DNA of 64,000 bases from Phallusia mammillata (GCA_965637545.1 OZ281500.1:4216001-4280000), one strand, 5' to 3'. Shown: positions 11,840 to 25,790, counted from the stretch's first letter. Made by a program: numbers and translations. Notes: generated by a model not told the origin, from the sequence alone.

Positions 11840-14800
11840 AAATAGTGCACAAGTAAAACAAGGGCATTTACATTCCCAGAAAAGGACAAGAAGAAAGGAT
11901 AAATCAATTACGTCACAACTGATAATCTACAAATGTTTGTTAGAAAGAACAAAAGCGCTCGTTTGAAATGTTGCCTAAAGCGAATAAAAACACATAAAAA
12001 AGTGTACTGGAAAGAAATGTCACAGAAACCAGTTGATTTGGCATAATGTCACGTATTTAAGAACCGCAACGTCGTGACATATGGATTAAGCAGGGACGTT
12101 TTGGCCACCCCTTGCACCGCAAAACAGGAAGTGAATGTAGATGTAAACACTTCGCCTTCTGTATACGTTTTAAATAAATGTGTTGGACACGTGAATTGAT
12201 TTTTTTCCCGCATACCGCTGTCAAAGGGTCACAACCAAGGGCCTTTCTCCCTTGATTAAATAACATATAAGGCTTGTTTTTACGTTTCGGAATGCCGAGG
12301 AGGCTGTTTACCATTGGGAAATAAGGTTAGGACGTTGTGTTATAAAGGATATGAACCGTTATTGCGTTTGCCCTTTGGATTTTGTGACTTGTGTCAGATG
12401 ACATGGGAACCTTATAGTATCAATTAGGTTGGCCATTCTATTATATAGCACGTGTTCTCAATCTTGCTGTTTACAACTGCTCTAGTTAGCTTTTGTTTGC
12501 GAAATTTTGGACCTTTATCATCGATTTTCGCAAATTAGACAAACACACGATGCCTAAATTTACGGTAACTTGGAAATTAAACTTCCTATTTTTGATGGTT
12601 ATCTATCGACCTATCCACATTTTGAGCGTGGTTGATATACGACGTGAATTCATAAGTCGCTTGAATTTACAAAACTTTTTTATTTTTGATTGGATTAACG
12701 CATGTGCTCGTGTGTTTATTTATCCCGAAATAGAATGAAATGCAAAACATCATTTTTGATTCACTCCTAAAACTTTTCCTTACTGAAAACAAGTTGTACG
12801 GAATACTACAACCAGCTGCTCCGGAACGGCCCAGCGCAATAACATAGTTTATGTTAAGAGGCTAAATTATGTGTCTTCGACGGAACAAGCCCTAATAAAT
12901 ATGTCAAACCTTATGTTATGGTGAATTGACCAGAGGTGTCAAATTCATACATAATTTATATTTGTGCCAGGTCCCTTATAGATTTCGTCACGGGCAAATA
13001 CATTTGATTTGAAACAATTTTACTTAAACTGTCGGATATTAAATTTCAATTACATGAAAACTATTAAGATGAAAAAAGGGGAAATAATATTTAATATGTA
13101 GACAGTAAATACATTTTCCAAACAGATCGGATACTATATTGGACAATAATCTATACAAGCGCCCTACTTTAAAAAGTAGAGTATACAGCGAAATACTCCA
13201 AACGCTCTTGATGTGTTGTGCTACTGACCATGCAACATAAATGAATCATGAAATATTGTAGCAACATATTTCTACTTACCTTTCAAAGTCAACATCGTAT
13301 TGAAACCAGCTTTAAAGTCTTCATCAGTTCAGCTTTACTCCCAATATGTCAACGAGTATTCCAAAGTAGACTATGATGTGTATGAGTTCCAACGATACCA
13401 CCATACATGTAGCAGATACCTCGCAATGACTAAGTTGTCTGAACGATGTACCAAACCACACAGTCAATATTTACTTTATTGTTTCTGTCAATAAAACATG
13501 GAATGCGTGCAGTTAGCGCTCCTAATTGAAAAGTCATTTTCCACCCATGACTCCAAAGTCTGATTTAGATAATGCTACCGCTTTGGCAAATCGCCTTTGA
13601 AAACGTTTTATTCTGTGACCTAGCAGTTAAAAGCAGAATATTTTATGCATTTATACTGCCGCACCTTTTATAAACATACATCACGCTGGCTCCTGTAGGC
13701 GTGACCTATACCCTGCTTTATTTACGCCCAGTATAATAAATCGCTTCCTGGTGTGTTAGTAGAAATTAGGGCAACTGTTAAGTAACTTCCTTAGAATCTC
13801 GTGTGATGAAAGGCTGACACCCGCTGCAAAGAATGCATGAATATAAGTTAGATGAAGTTTTATTGCAACAATAGGCTTCTGCATTAAAACGTGCAGGGTT
13901 TTGTTTTTCCATATGACAGTTAATAATTGCTGCTTACAATGCTATGGAAGATATTTAACGCAGAGCAATCAGATATACCTTTAAACAGAGTAAATCATAT
14001 AACAACAGAAAACGTGGCCTGCCCTATGTCTGAAATAATACTTGTTTTTTATATTAAACTTGCAAAACAACCTTTTCAAACTTTTGTTTGGGGTTTTACA
14101 GTCTACAAAGGTATAACACGACACAGTTTTTGCTTTCTCAGCATTGCACACTAAAGGCTAGAAACGAAACTAAAACGCTTTGGCGCCATTAAAGACCCAC
14201 CACACCTCACGACGACATTGTAACAAGCTTCTGGCAACTAAACCTTGTTTAACTACATAAACCTGTACATAACGGACAGCACATGTTTCTCTGTGATACC
14301 AAAGCAAAATAGCAAGGTTTCCAGTGCAGAAGCAAACCCGTGCTATGTCCTCTGACGTCAGTTTGTCAACTTTATCGCTGGAAAGCAAACTAGCTGACAC
14401 GTTGTGGGACTGAGTAGACTGACGCAGTACAAACATAAGCTTGTGTAGTGGTTAAAGCACCATATTTATTGCCCGGGCGAGGCTAGCTAAGTCATATTGG
14501 TAAAAAAACATTGCTAAGGTCATAATACCTGCAGCAATCAATTATGTACAATCGTTTCCTTATTGATTCATGCGTTTATATGGGTGGTTACCTGAGTGTT
14601 TAAATGGATTGAAATTATCTTTGTTGGCTGAACAGCGCGCATTAAATCTTTGCGAACCACAAACCACTCCAGACAAAGTTGTTCACTTTAGCGAACGTAA
14701 TCGACAACTTTGAACATTGTGCCAAAACATAAAACTCCAAACATTGTTCCAAACAAATCTTTGTACATGTAAAACTACTTAAACAAAACTGCCAATGAAC

Positions 14801-15559
14801 TTGTGTTCAGTAAATACAGTTTATTGTATACGTTAAAACATTTAATAGTCTGCAAAAAATGCATTCACCACATACGGATTACACAAATTTCGTAAACAAA
14901 CTATAGTCCAATGTGAGTTATATCCATACTGATATATTAAATTCTTATGTATTCGATTTGCAGCTGATTTGCCATTTAACTTGGCCCGTTACTTGAGGGG
15001 CTTAAAGCGTTGGGTATTTTTTCGTTTCTTACATATGTCAGTCTAACAATACTACCAAAAATGCAAACGATTGAACAATGCAAAAATCTTATTTCGAAAC
15101 TAAAGGACTAGTTTGTGTTTCCTTTTAAAATAACACTAAATTTTGCAGCCATGATTCCAACTAACGTCCAGAATTTGACTCTACTAGTCTACAATGTTAG
15201 TCAACTGCGCCTAGAACCTGTCAGCGAGCTACATGCTAGAGTACTTGGAAAACGATGCAGTTACGCCCACCATCAGACTATTTGCACCTTGATTTTATGA
15301 CCTCTACGTTATTTGTCTTGGAAGCAACGACGACCACCTTTTGTTGGCGGCTCAAATATTCAGTGATTTAGATGACTCGAAGGTTTGAGAAGGTAGCTAC
15401 TGTTTCACAGCTTATGAATGCGACAATACTGGCCTTACTTAATGAAATGCTTGTTTGAAACAAAGCCTTGGACACAGCTTCAGGCCTGCCTTTGCACTCT
15501 GTGTCATTATTTCTATATATTTTTTAATACATTTAAGTAGCTAGTTGTTGGTTCTGACC

Positions 15560-15710
15560 TAATGTCAAACAGCCCGAAACCGCTTTGTTCAAGACCAATT
15601 GTCTATTACTGAACGGCCTTCTCAAAAACTATTCGGGTTCGGGCCGGGATTCGGGCTTGTACTTTCGGGTTTGTGCTTCAATTTCAGGCCCGTTTACAAC
15701 TCTGCTCCGA
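15560..15710. repeat. Fragment of a dispersed repeat, with a related copy at ~9809-9870
   Basis: Both sites share TCGGGTTCGGG...CAGGCCCGTTTACAAC(C/T)CT; probably the decayed end of a DNA transposon. No TSD found. Confidence 0.55.
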
Positions 15711-16495
15711 CATGCAAACAATCGATTTCACGGAAATTGGCAAACTCTTACAAAATAGTGTTGGGTGTTTGTGTATTTATAAAAGCTTCAAACAATAATA
15801 ATAACTAACCAACAAGGCATGCTATTAACGGATATTGATTTGCTTTGGTTTTATTTTCTAAAGAATGCGATTTGAGAACAGTGGTTATAGTTTCATTTTG
15901 TATCTAAAACCCGCGTTGCAAGACGGGTCAAGCTTTTCGGGTCGGTTTTCGAATTATAAGTAAATTTTCGGCATAAGTACATGTACACTGTTCAGAAACA
16001 AGTAATCTGATTCAGACCTCTGTACTTCAATTTTTTACACAAAGTTTAAACCACCAAAATTACTTCCAGTAAATGTTACCTCGTGTTTTTCCTGTTATTC
16101 AACCAAACACCAGTAATTGACAAAAAACAAAAAAGTCAAAAATTGCTCGATTATTTTAAGACCAGTAATGCAATGCCCTCATTTCTACCGTATCCTGCTT
16201 GTCAATAAGATCGAGTGCACACGTTAACTTTGCATCAACCCTTCCCGTTTAAGATACGGTTTCGAAAAGGCTGTTTTGCGGTACGACGACGTGCACGAGT
16301 TGCATTGTCTTGGCCGATATAACTCGTGACTCTATTGAACACAATGGATTTTTGCTGATCTTCAAAAACGGATTTCTCGGTCTGGCAGCCGCAGTAACTT
16401 ACTCAATTGCTTCTATGGCCTTCAGATGGTTAACTTTTAAAGTTTTCCATTTAAAAAAAAGTGATATTACACATGCTCTTTTATTTAATTCTTAA

Positions 16496-17956
16496 CCCCT
16501 TAACGCCGTATGTGACGAATTCGTCACACTGTGCCTTACACCAATTTTTACAGTGCGTTTGGTGTTTTTTGGGCGGAAAACGGTTGTCTCGAATTTGTCT
16601 CGTCCAACTTATTCATAAAACATCACATTTGACCACCTAGCCAGAAAAACTAAAATTTTATGTATTTCCGGATTTTGGTTTCCAACATTAGCAGAAAAAT
16701 TTTTTTTTCATGAAACTCGCTGTCAAACTTTTTTAATTTTTATCAGTTATCTGAGAAGAAAAAATCGTGTGTACATACAAGATGAATGCCTATTCTACTG
16801 CGCAATTTTTTTCAAAAAATTTCAAAAGGTGTACAAAATATGGGGGGTGAATGTCGTGTACCGAATTCGTCCCATTCGTCATTTGCGTCACGAAAGTGCA
16901 CGTAAATGGTCACGTGATCGCTAAAACATAAACACAATATTCTGGTCCTATACCAGTATTTATCAACTACATATTGTCATTTTGCACAATAATAAATAGT
17001 GGCATTGCAATGACAGCCAGTTACGTGTCAACCAATTACGTCATAACGGAAAATCTTCTGTATGACGTCATACTACCAAAACCCTAAAACATCGTAAAAT
17101 CAAGTTTTTACGTTGTTTACCGAGAAATAATACACATTTTTGGTAGCAAAACATAGTTTAGATTGAGGCAAACACAAGCGGTTGATGTGGTTTCATTCTT
17201 ACGTTGTTTACGTGCAAGTTTTTGCAACCGGTTGCGTAATACTTGGCCATTGAATGAATTATTTTTTTAATTTTATTTGCTGGCATCACCTCTTTAACGT
17301 CATAACCATCGTGCTTTGTCCTAAACCCGAGTGTTAATAACTGTGTTTTCACGAACAATTACACAGAGGTCTCCAACACAAGGTTTACCACCACGCGTTG
17401 TGTGGCTCGACTATCGAAACTTGTTACATTTAGTACACCTGTTCTAGAACAAATGTATTTACTTTGCATTTTTCGTAAAATTGCATATTCCAAAATATCA
17501 AAATTTCTGGCGTCTGGGACGTTTCGTTTCGCTTTCACTAGAGACGCACAAAAAGTAGGTTACGAGTATTGACAAGGCAATCTCAAAGTGGTTTTAAACG
17601 AAACAAAATTGACAAAAAACAACGGCATTTGAATTTTTTTATGACGTCATAGAAGTATATGACGTCATAAACCGATTTCGATATCGTCTTTGTCGATATA
17701 ATTACGTAATAACACAAAACTTTTCATTGAAACCTAATAGTGTACGAATAACTACGAGATACATACGCGGAAATGTTTGCATTAGTTTAGTCTTAATGGA
17801 CGAATGTGCCGAATTCGGTACAGCGGGCTAGCACCCCCCAAAATGCGATAAAAAAAATTTGGGGGTGCAAATATTTTTTCTTCTGCCCAAATGCTTTACA
17901 ATACGCGTAACAAAGATTTTTTTCCCAAACTGATTTATATCGCCGTCGTTAAGGGG
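16496..17956. mobile_element. Non-autonomous piggyBac-type element (~1.46 kb) with internal inverted repeats
   Basis: TTAA on both sides (16492-16495, 17957-17960); TIR CCCCTTAACG / CGTTAAGGGG; internal inverted pair 16857-16880 vs 17799-17822 (22/24 match). No transposase ORF. Confidence 0.85.
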
Positions 17957-19343
17957 TTAAGCACAGTACAAGTGCCCAATTTGTCATTGAACGATTTCAA
18001 TTATATTCAACTTAAACACCTTGATAAGATTTGTGATAATATATGTCGATTTACTATGGATTTAGTTTTTTGATTTAACAACTCACATATGCAACGACAT
18101 TTATTTGATGTCTGGCATTATAACACCGCACGGCTCTTTTCATTGCACCCCTTACTGTTTTGTGCAAAACCAACTTATCGAAACCAACACTTCCTTCTAT
18201 TCTATCTTTCGTACTCAAATAGTAGTAAGGCTGTCAACGCGTTTTATGCGACTCATCTTAAGATCCATCCTTACAACTTTGTTACATTACCGGAAAGGTA
18301 GGCCACTGTTTAAGTTTGACGCGTTCTGTTTTGTGCAAAATCTTTTTTCAAAACGTGTTACTAGCATGTAGTATAAAATAATACAGTACGACGACGAAAA
18401 CATATATTTTTAACTTACATTGACAAAAAGTCCATCTAAGCTAATATGAAAATACTCTAATCAAGCAAGTAATGCTACCGCGGGAAAACGCACCACTTGA
18501 ATCACCTCAATCGACATTTCAAAGTTCAAAGTTGACAAATCGACAAAGTTGATTAAGCCTGGTCCATTATATCGAGTGTTTGACCATATGTAACCGTCCC
18601 AGCCTGTAGGCATTACACTGACTTTAACACATCCTAAAGATCCTATTAAATGTTAAACACCAACCCTGACTGGGCCTACTTTTAGGTTAACTGTTTTACA
18701 TTCACTTCTTGCTAAAAATCAATCGAAATTGCCTACACCATTTTCCGCTACAGTAACTTTATGGACCCCTATACCGTCCATTCGCGGCCTTCGCTCATTT
18801 CAACTCGGTGCGTTTTCACTCAGTGACGTCAAAAAGTCGATGTGCTCGACTGGTGGCGGGCAGATAACTAATCCCAAGCGACAGCATGATGAATCGCGTT
18901 TTAAGTCAAAAAGTGCCTTACTGACCTCAGTTACTCAACTTCGATTACCTTAGCGGGAACATTAGATCTGTTCTTTAAAATCGATTCTGCTCTGGGTTGA
19001 AACATTTTTAGGAGTGCGACTTTCATTTGCGGACCGCAAGATTTCTTTTCTCCTTTTTACGTACGTTCCCACCGCACCACCGTTGAGGGATCTTTGTTTT
19101 GCATATGTGCTTATTACAGATGTACTATCATCTATTTACTGTATTAACCAGGCAATTTTTCTGCAGTGAATGTGCGCTGTTGTAAACTAATAAGAAACAG
19201 CGATTTTTTTAAATATCGTTGTTTTTGGGTAGTTTTTATTAGCTACAAAACAAATAAAACTACACACCCCAAAAATAATATGAATTTTTTACGAAGAAAT
19301 TTGCCTACAACCAGAAGCATGGTGCGAATGCTTAAAGATGTTA

Positions 19344-19375
19344 CAGTACAGCACAGCACAGCACAGCACAGTACA
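19344..19375. repeat. Short (CACAG)n pentanucleotide repeat
   Basis: acagtacagcacagcacagcacagcacagtac read directly from the sequence. Confidence 0.7.
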
Positions 19376-22300
19376 ATGTATCAACAAATGATACAAAAAA
19401 ATGCAAAAGCAGTTATGGTTTTACTATAGATAACAAACATAACAGCACAAATGCCCAAATCTTGTTTTCAAACCTCGTTTCTGGTTTACTTAAACCTTAC
19501 CGAAGGTCAGCATCTGATGACATTGCCCTACAAGGTTTCATGTTGGCCGTTCAAGGCACCATCCACCTTTTGACGTCATCAGGACTGCTGGATGATTTAT
19601 GGTGTTTGCTCTTTCCGCAGTAATGGCTATTTAGTGATTTCGGGTAGATAGGTTTCCGAATGTAAAATATGACTGTTATTTACTAACTCCTAATGATCAA
19701 CTCAATTAAAATCGTAACTGCAAGAGAATATGCATAAATTAAATACATCCTAGTCCAGACCTTACAACAATCGCTTTTGGCATCATTCATGTTTAGAGTT
19801 CCTAAGCGTAACGAACAACGTTTTTATAAAACATTTTGGGTTTGCTTCGTTTGGTGAAAGCAGTCTTGGCGACCCAGTTGCACTGCATCAATCATAAATC
19901 CTAAAATAATACTGCAACGTTGTCCACCGTGACCTTGTTGTACCAGTATTTAAGCTTAGGCTTACCGGCTAAAATAACAAAAAAGTGTTTTCGCGGGGTT
20001 CGAACCCAAGACGCTTCCGAGGCCGAATTCCGACCAGATTTTTTTAATGTCCATATATGGGTCAGCCGCCCTGGACCAAGTTCCGGACAATGTTAATGTG
20101 TTTTTTTCCCGCGTGTACAAAACCAGTGTGTCGATAGCGCTACCTAGCGACGCGAAATTCAAATCTATCGGTTCAGAAATCGATGTTTTTAATGCAAAAC
20201 TTTTCCGAAAGTGTATTAATGCTGCAACTTATTATTCGCTGGAAATAAGTGTTTCTTAACATTTTGACTTCCTGAACCAATTTTATGCCGACTTTCGTTT
20301 CCATGGAAGCATCGTACACTCAAGTCGAGTGCTTCACGGTGGGCGATTAAACACAGTGACGATGAGTTGATCACTTGAAACGCTTTTCCATCGAAAGTGT
20401 CCACTTCACGCTTTGTTTTCTCGTTGTCACGAAAAAAACTTTCACGAGTCATTTGCTGGAAGCTGGGCCCGCCTAATGTCATTGTGTCTGCCTTATGATC
20501 AAGAAAATTCGGAAAGTTTTCTTGTAAGTTTATTTTTTATTATTGTTTTATGTTGATTTTTTTAGTAGCGGCAGTAAATAAGATCTAAGATCTTGGGAGA
20601 AAATTCATTGAAATTTAGTATGCGGTACGAATTAGATCCGCCTAGTAAAAATAATAGATTAGAGTTATGAGGAGCGGAAATAATCAGTTTCGTTTTAAAT
20701 GGGCGTACAAAATAGCATTGGGTTTTAGAATACAACTAGCGGTGTTATTGTAATTAGCAAAGCATAGTACTATGGATATTACATGTGAATATTGCAATCA
20801 CAATACCAATCTTGTCAGCTAAATTGCTTTTGTTCGTTTTTTTGACACAGATATTAAAGAGGATCAACGTTATTTCGCCACCCAAAATATGGACGGGTAA
20901 GCCCATACTATTTGCCACATTATGATGTAATGCATATGTTTGTAAAAGAAACTTGGTTAAAAAGGAGTTATTGGTTACCAATACATCCGTATGTGCACCC
21001 AGAGGCGTCTACTTGTTTAACCTATATGCACTAAATTGCGGCATTCATTGCAAATTATTCGTCTTGTGAAACTTAGCCTCCAAATGGCAGACACAAATTA
21101 CCATTTAAAAAAATTATGGGTACTTTGTATTAAGGCAAGGGCCTAACATAAAGTCAAGTCGGAACCTCAAGGACAAACAGTTCACATTGGCCAAGCTCTT
21201 TAAACTCGAAAGTAAATACATACGGACCGCCCCACTCAAAAATCCAACGCCCCTCGCTTTTCAAGTGACGCGAGAAAAAGCGCCGACTCATAAAATCGAA
21301 CGCTGAGCGGCGCACGTGTATTGTGACGTAACAAAGCGGTACGATTGTTACGTTTTCCCGCCTTGCCTGGCTTATGTTACCTTGTCAACCATACACAACA
21401 ATGTTTCGAGTCAGTAGCTTCGTCAGGCTGTTGTGTGATTGCTGCCTTTTGTCAGGTTGTCAGATGTATGTGCCTACTGGTTTTAATAAAATAGGTGAAT
21501 AGTTGAAAGCTCCAAGTTACCAAATGCATTTGTGACTGTTTTTTTTTTAACATGGTGTGCTTTTGTTAAGTATAATGTAATGCAGTATTAACTACGCGGA
21601 AATGTGTATAGTTAAAGATATATGTTAGAAAAGTCCCTTTAGAAAGGCATGCTTCATAAGGAATTATGTTAGTGAACGAAACGTGTTTAATACAGCTATA
21701 TATTAAATAGACCCTCTGATTTATTGCCGAAAGGGGATATTCACAAGCATGGGTTCCTAAACATTCTTTGGAAGGCTAAGTTCGCTATATTTGGCCCTAA
21801 TATATTTAAAGGTTTACTTTTCTTGCTACCATGGTTTATCAGGAAAATACTGAAGTTACGCAGTTAATATGTTAACAAAATTGCCATACAGTTTGGCTAC
21901 CTTATCTTCTATATAGTCCCAAAATCCGCTTTAGGCCACAACAATAGGCGTTGCCATTATAAGATGGCATCTCCTTTCATCACACAAAAACTTGTGGCCA
22001 AGATGGATATAATTTATAGCTATATTGTATTGTGATAGCGATCAGAATTGTTTGCTATATATTAGCCACTGGGCCTTGGACAGCGTTACCAACTAAGCAT
22101 TCAAGTGTTTGCTATGTCGCCTGTTTGTTTTTGCTTTATTTGTCAAAGCATTAACCTTGCATGGTGAAATACGTGGCGTGCGGTCTTTTGTAATGAGGTG
22201 TTGTAAACTGGCTTTGTCAAGTTTCGTTTTGAGACTTGGTACCCACAAAACATTAAAAAACACTATCAGTTGCTACGAAACAAGTTTTACTATATAAAGG

Positions 22301-23325
22301 GACCCTTATTCCATAAGCTAACGATTACATTGAATTTAACTGTCTCCAATTCATTGTAAGTAATTTAGTTTTTTCAACTAGTATTATGACCATATTTGTG
22401 TTAAACCTTTTACAAAGATTTTAACAAAAACCAAGTATAGTTCTAAATGTCAGTAAAGACCTGCCGTTTATCTTGTACAACTATCGAGTCCGTGCAAAAA
22501 CTCTATGAATAGTTATTTGTACAAAAAAGCATACAGTAACTACAGCTTTTAGTGCACTTGCATTATTTTTTTGTGCGGCAATGTATCAATATAGTAAATC
22601 GATTTTTCCATGATGGGTGGAATTAAGCTTAGTTTTTTTGCAAAAAAAAAAAAACTTTTAAAGCCAAGAAAGTTAAAACGACAGCAGTTGATGGCAACTA
22701 TAGATAATGCAACCTAGCATTAACGAATTTGATTCTTTTTTGTGACATACGAAAGTGCGTTTACAATTTAACCGATCTTTCTGTGGTCCATGAACCATAA
22801 ACAACATATTGTTTTGCTGTCAGGTCGCACACGACTTACATGTCAGGACGTTTGGCGTCTGTTGTGTTTACATTGCAAGAAAACACGTTTAATAACTCGC
22901 TATGAGGTCGAAACAGTAGCTTTTGGGGCAGTGCTTATGGATTTCTTTTCTGACCCCCTTGCGATCATTGTAACGACACAAAGCCTGTGAATGGATAACG
23001 GTTGACGCCCCTTGCTCATTGTGTGCGAAACAAAGGTGGCGTTCTACAATTTTTCGCGACACGTTTTGTAACAATTGCGGTTTGTTTTTACTTGGATTTA
23101 AACCCCTTGCCAAACACGCGCAGTACAATATTCTGACCCCAATTCATTCCAGGACTTGTTACAAAACGTACGACTGAACAATTTTTGCATTAAAATGTTT
23201 TAAACTTGGTTTAATTAGCGTTTGTTTTTCTTTAGATATCGACAAGTGTAATTTAAAAATAAATTGAAAACCTAATTTTGTGCTCTCTTCTACATATGCA
23301 ATTGTGCTGAATCATCGCACAACCG

Positions 23326-24874
23326 ATGACTATGCAAAACGAACGTACCACTTCGGCTGGCTATCGACTGCCCATTGGTCAAACTTCTGGTGTCCATCGG
23401 GTCGCCCCAAGACCGCCAGTGACACAAGCAGCTGGTAAGAAGGGTGCACGAGAAGTGGAGAAGCTTGACGAAGTTTCGTTCAACAAAATTTGGCGTGAAC
23501 AAATCCACAGCGAATGGAAGGGTGTACATGACTGGTAAGGAACTGCACATAGCGCTCTTGTGCTTGCTTGTGGGTTTATTTGCTGTTAAGTAAGTTTGCT
23601 AGCTGTTGAGATGCTTGGTTTTGGTATTACCTGCCTCTTTTATTTACATTTGCGCCCCATAAACGTTATGATTTTTAAGCTGACACCAAATGGGTTGCCT
23701 TGCAATGAAATGCCACAAAATAGTATTATAACATGCCATGAAATTAAAAAAAACGTTGCAACGAGACATGATCTTTTTCCTTGTTGCATTTGAGTTTCGA
23801 GGCTAGGTAGTGATGAATGTGGCTTATTTGAACATTTCAAGGTTTTTTGCCATTTGAATGGTTGTTATTGGATTTTCGCTTTCATGAAAACAGATCGATC
23901 TATTGATAGCTTGTATCTCCAAGTTTACATGAGTGATAGTTCGGAATGTTTTCACAACGTTTGTGATACCAATTCTTGGCCGCCGTTCTAATTTTGGTCT
24001 GGGCACGTTTTGAAACTACAAAGGACATCAAATTAAGACCAAAGTGATATAAAACGGCAGTGTTGCGCTGTAAAATGTATACACATTGAAAGCGCAACAA
24101 TGGATCTATTGTTCCGCTACCAGTTCTCATAATTACTTTTCTTTGTGAAATAACAGAGATGCGTTATCTGGTTTAGAATGTTACATTGTTGTTTTTAATT
24201 AACTGTTGTTTGGTATTTTTGTACCACTCAACTAGCCTTAAAGTACAATTGGAAAGATATTTTATCGGCAAATTTTCAAAATAGGTACCAATCAACAAAC
24301 CTACAGAAAGTTGACACTTAATTATTGCTTTATGTGCGAATCTACACGTTTTGCTTGTATGAATTTATAAAATATTTGCGCGATTTCGACAGCTAATCGT
24401 CGTGTCCTCGTTAGTATAGTGGTAAGTATCCCCGCCTGTCACGCGGGAGACCGGGGTTCGATTCCCCGACGGGGAGCTCAATTTTTTTCAATAATTTCCT
24501 GCTTTTAAGTTCGGCTTGAGGCGTCTATAACCTTTCGATAAACCATATTTTACGTTGATCAAGTTGTTTTGTTTTCGTCGTTTGTTTAGGGGTGTGAAAT
24601 ACACTTCTAAAAACAATATCTTGAACCATATTTTTGTTCCAGGAATTCTCAATGGGGTTTTATGAAGGACTTCGACCCTCGGGGCCGTCCGAAAACTCCT
24701 AAAACACTCCCTGAGAAAGAAGCGGTTTTCAGTGACACCCTGCCTGATACTCAAGGACACGTCTATGGAAGTCGCGTTAACACCGAAATGGGCGAACAAA
24801 TGACTAAAATGGAATTCCTTTTTCACTCATCCAACCGTCGGTGTAGACTGGATACAGAGTTTGTCTGCTATTAG
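23326..24874 (+). CDS. CIMIP5: C2orf50/CIMIP5 homologue (ciliary microtubule inner protein 5-like), 146 aa, 2 exons
   Basis: Exons 23326-23534 and 24643-24874 (TG|gtaagg ... ttccag|G, giving Trp). The protein has RTTSAGYRLP, WREQIHSE, WNSQWGFMKDFDPRG and VFSDTLPDTQGHVYGSRVNTEMG, matching the remembered human C2orf50 motifs RTTSAGYRLP, NWSFLKDYDPMG and FSDTVP...GSRLDTPLG. Confidence 0.85.
24405..24476 (+). tRNA. tRNA-Asp (anticodon GTC), intronless, inside the CIMIP5 intron
   Basis: 72-nt TCCTCGTTAGTATAGTGGTAAGTATCCCCGCCTGTCACGCGGGAGACCGGGGTTCGATTCCCCGACGGGGAG: full cloverleaf with A and B boxes, near-identical to canonical metazoan tRNA-Asp. Confidence 0.97.
24482..24488 (+). terminator. Pol III oligo-T terminator of the tRNA-Asp gene
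   Basis: Run of 7 T starting 6 nt after the tRNA 3' end. Confidence 0.8.
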
Positions 24875-25659
24875 AAGTTTTTTATGCTCACCTTGTCTTC
24901 TGTTTTATTGACATGTTCTTTTTTACCTATAATTTTTCGCGTCTTTTGTAGTCTATCTACATGACCCAAATAATGGCAGCTTGCGTTTCAATTAGGGGGT
25001 TATAATTTGTTCTAAATTATTGCACATTTAGACACGTTTTGCAGTTTGCGTTTGACACCTTCAATCCATCTACATGTGTAGAATAGAATAACACTACGTT
25101 TGCTCGATATAGAATAACATAACTAGTTTTTTTTCCCTAGTTTTGACTTTCATTCAATTTGCATGCGCCGATTTATACGATTTTGAAATTGTAGCTACAT
25201 TGTAATGTAACATACTCGTTGTGCAATTGCTTGTGTTTTGTATTGCGTGTGGTAATCAATGTACATGCAAAAATATATTTTAGTGTGGTTGAATGTTGCC
25301 AGTTCAAAATACTTGGAATACGGCATGTCTGGCATATTTACGCAACAGAGAGCTGACAGCAAATTGTTTCCAACATGAACTTGTTGTAAAGTCGCAGAGT
25401 AGTCAAACAAATGTTTTCCATTCACTTCAGATGCTGAAATGATAAAAGAAGCAGAATAGACGAGTAAAAAATACCTGGCCTACGATTGACCAAAATTTCT
25501 TTCAAATTAAACAAAACTGGTCTAAAAACTTGTTAAACTAAACTAGACTAAAAATGTTTGTAACGCAAACACATGCATAGGTCCACAGTTTTTGCAACAA
25601 TTTTAAACGTTTGTAGTTTCTTTTTTTCCAAAACATCGCACAGTTAAACGCAACGCTTG

Positions 25660-25790
25660 GGGGCACTAAAGGGTGATTCCCACGCTTGTGACGTTGCACT
25701 CCACGAACCCGGAAGCATTTTACGTCACAAATAGTAGGCACACATGTCGCGAAGCTGGGCATTCCCAGTAGCAGTTCGGCTTCGTAAGAA
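25660..25790 (+). promoter_or_regulatory. Candidate SND1 promoter and non-coding first exon
   Basis: Locally GC/CpG-richer patch with an ETS-like CCGGAAG and TGACG/TACGTCA half-sites, followed by donor GTAAG at 25784 and acceptor-like TTTTAG at 26221-26226 upstream of the ATG. Inference only. Confidence 0.4.

Noticed and set aside
19962-20260. B-box-like GGTTCGAACCC and short ORFs
   Set aside because: No cloverleaf or properly spaced A box; at most a decayed repeat.
21401-22990. Possible small spliced ORF (MFRVSSFVRLLCDCCLLS|GRTRLTCQDVW...)
   Set aside because: No homology recognised and several alternative junctions fit equally well.
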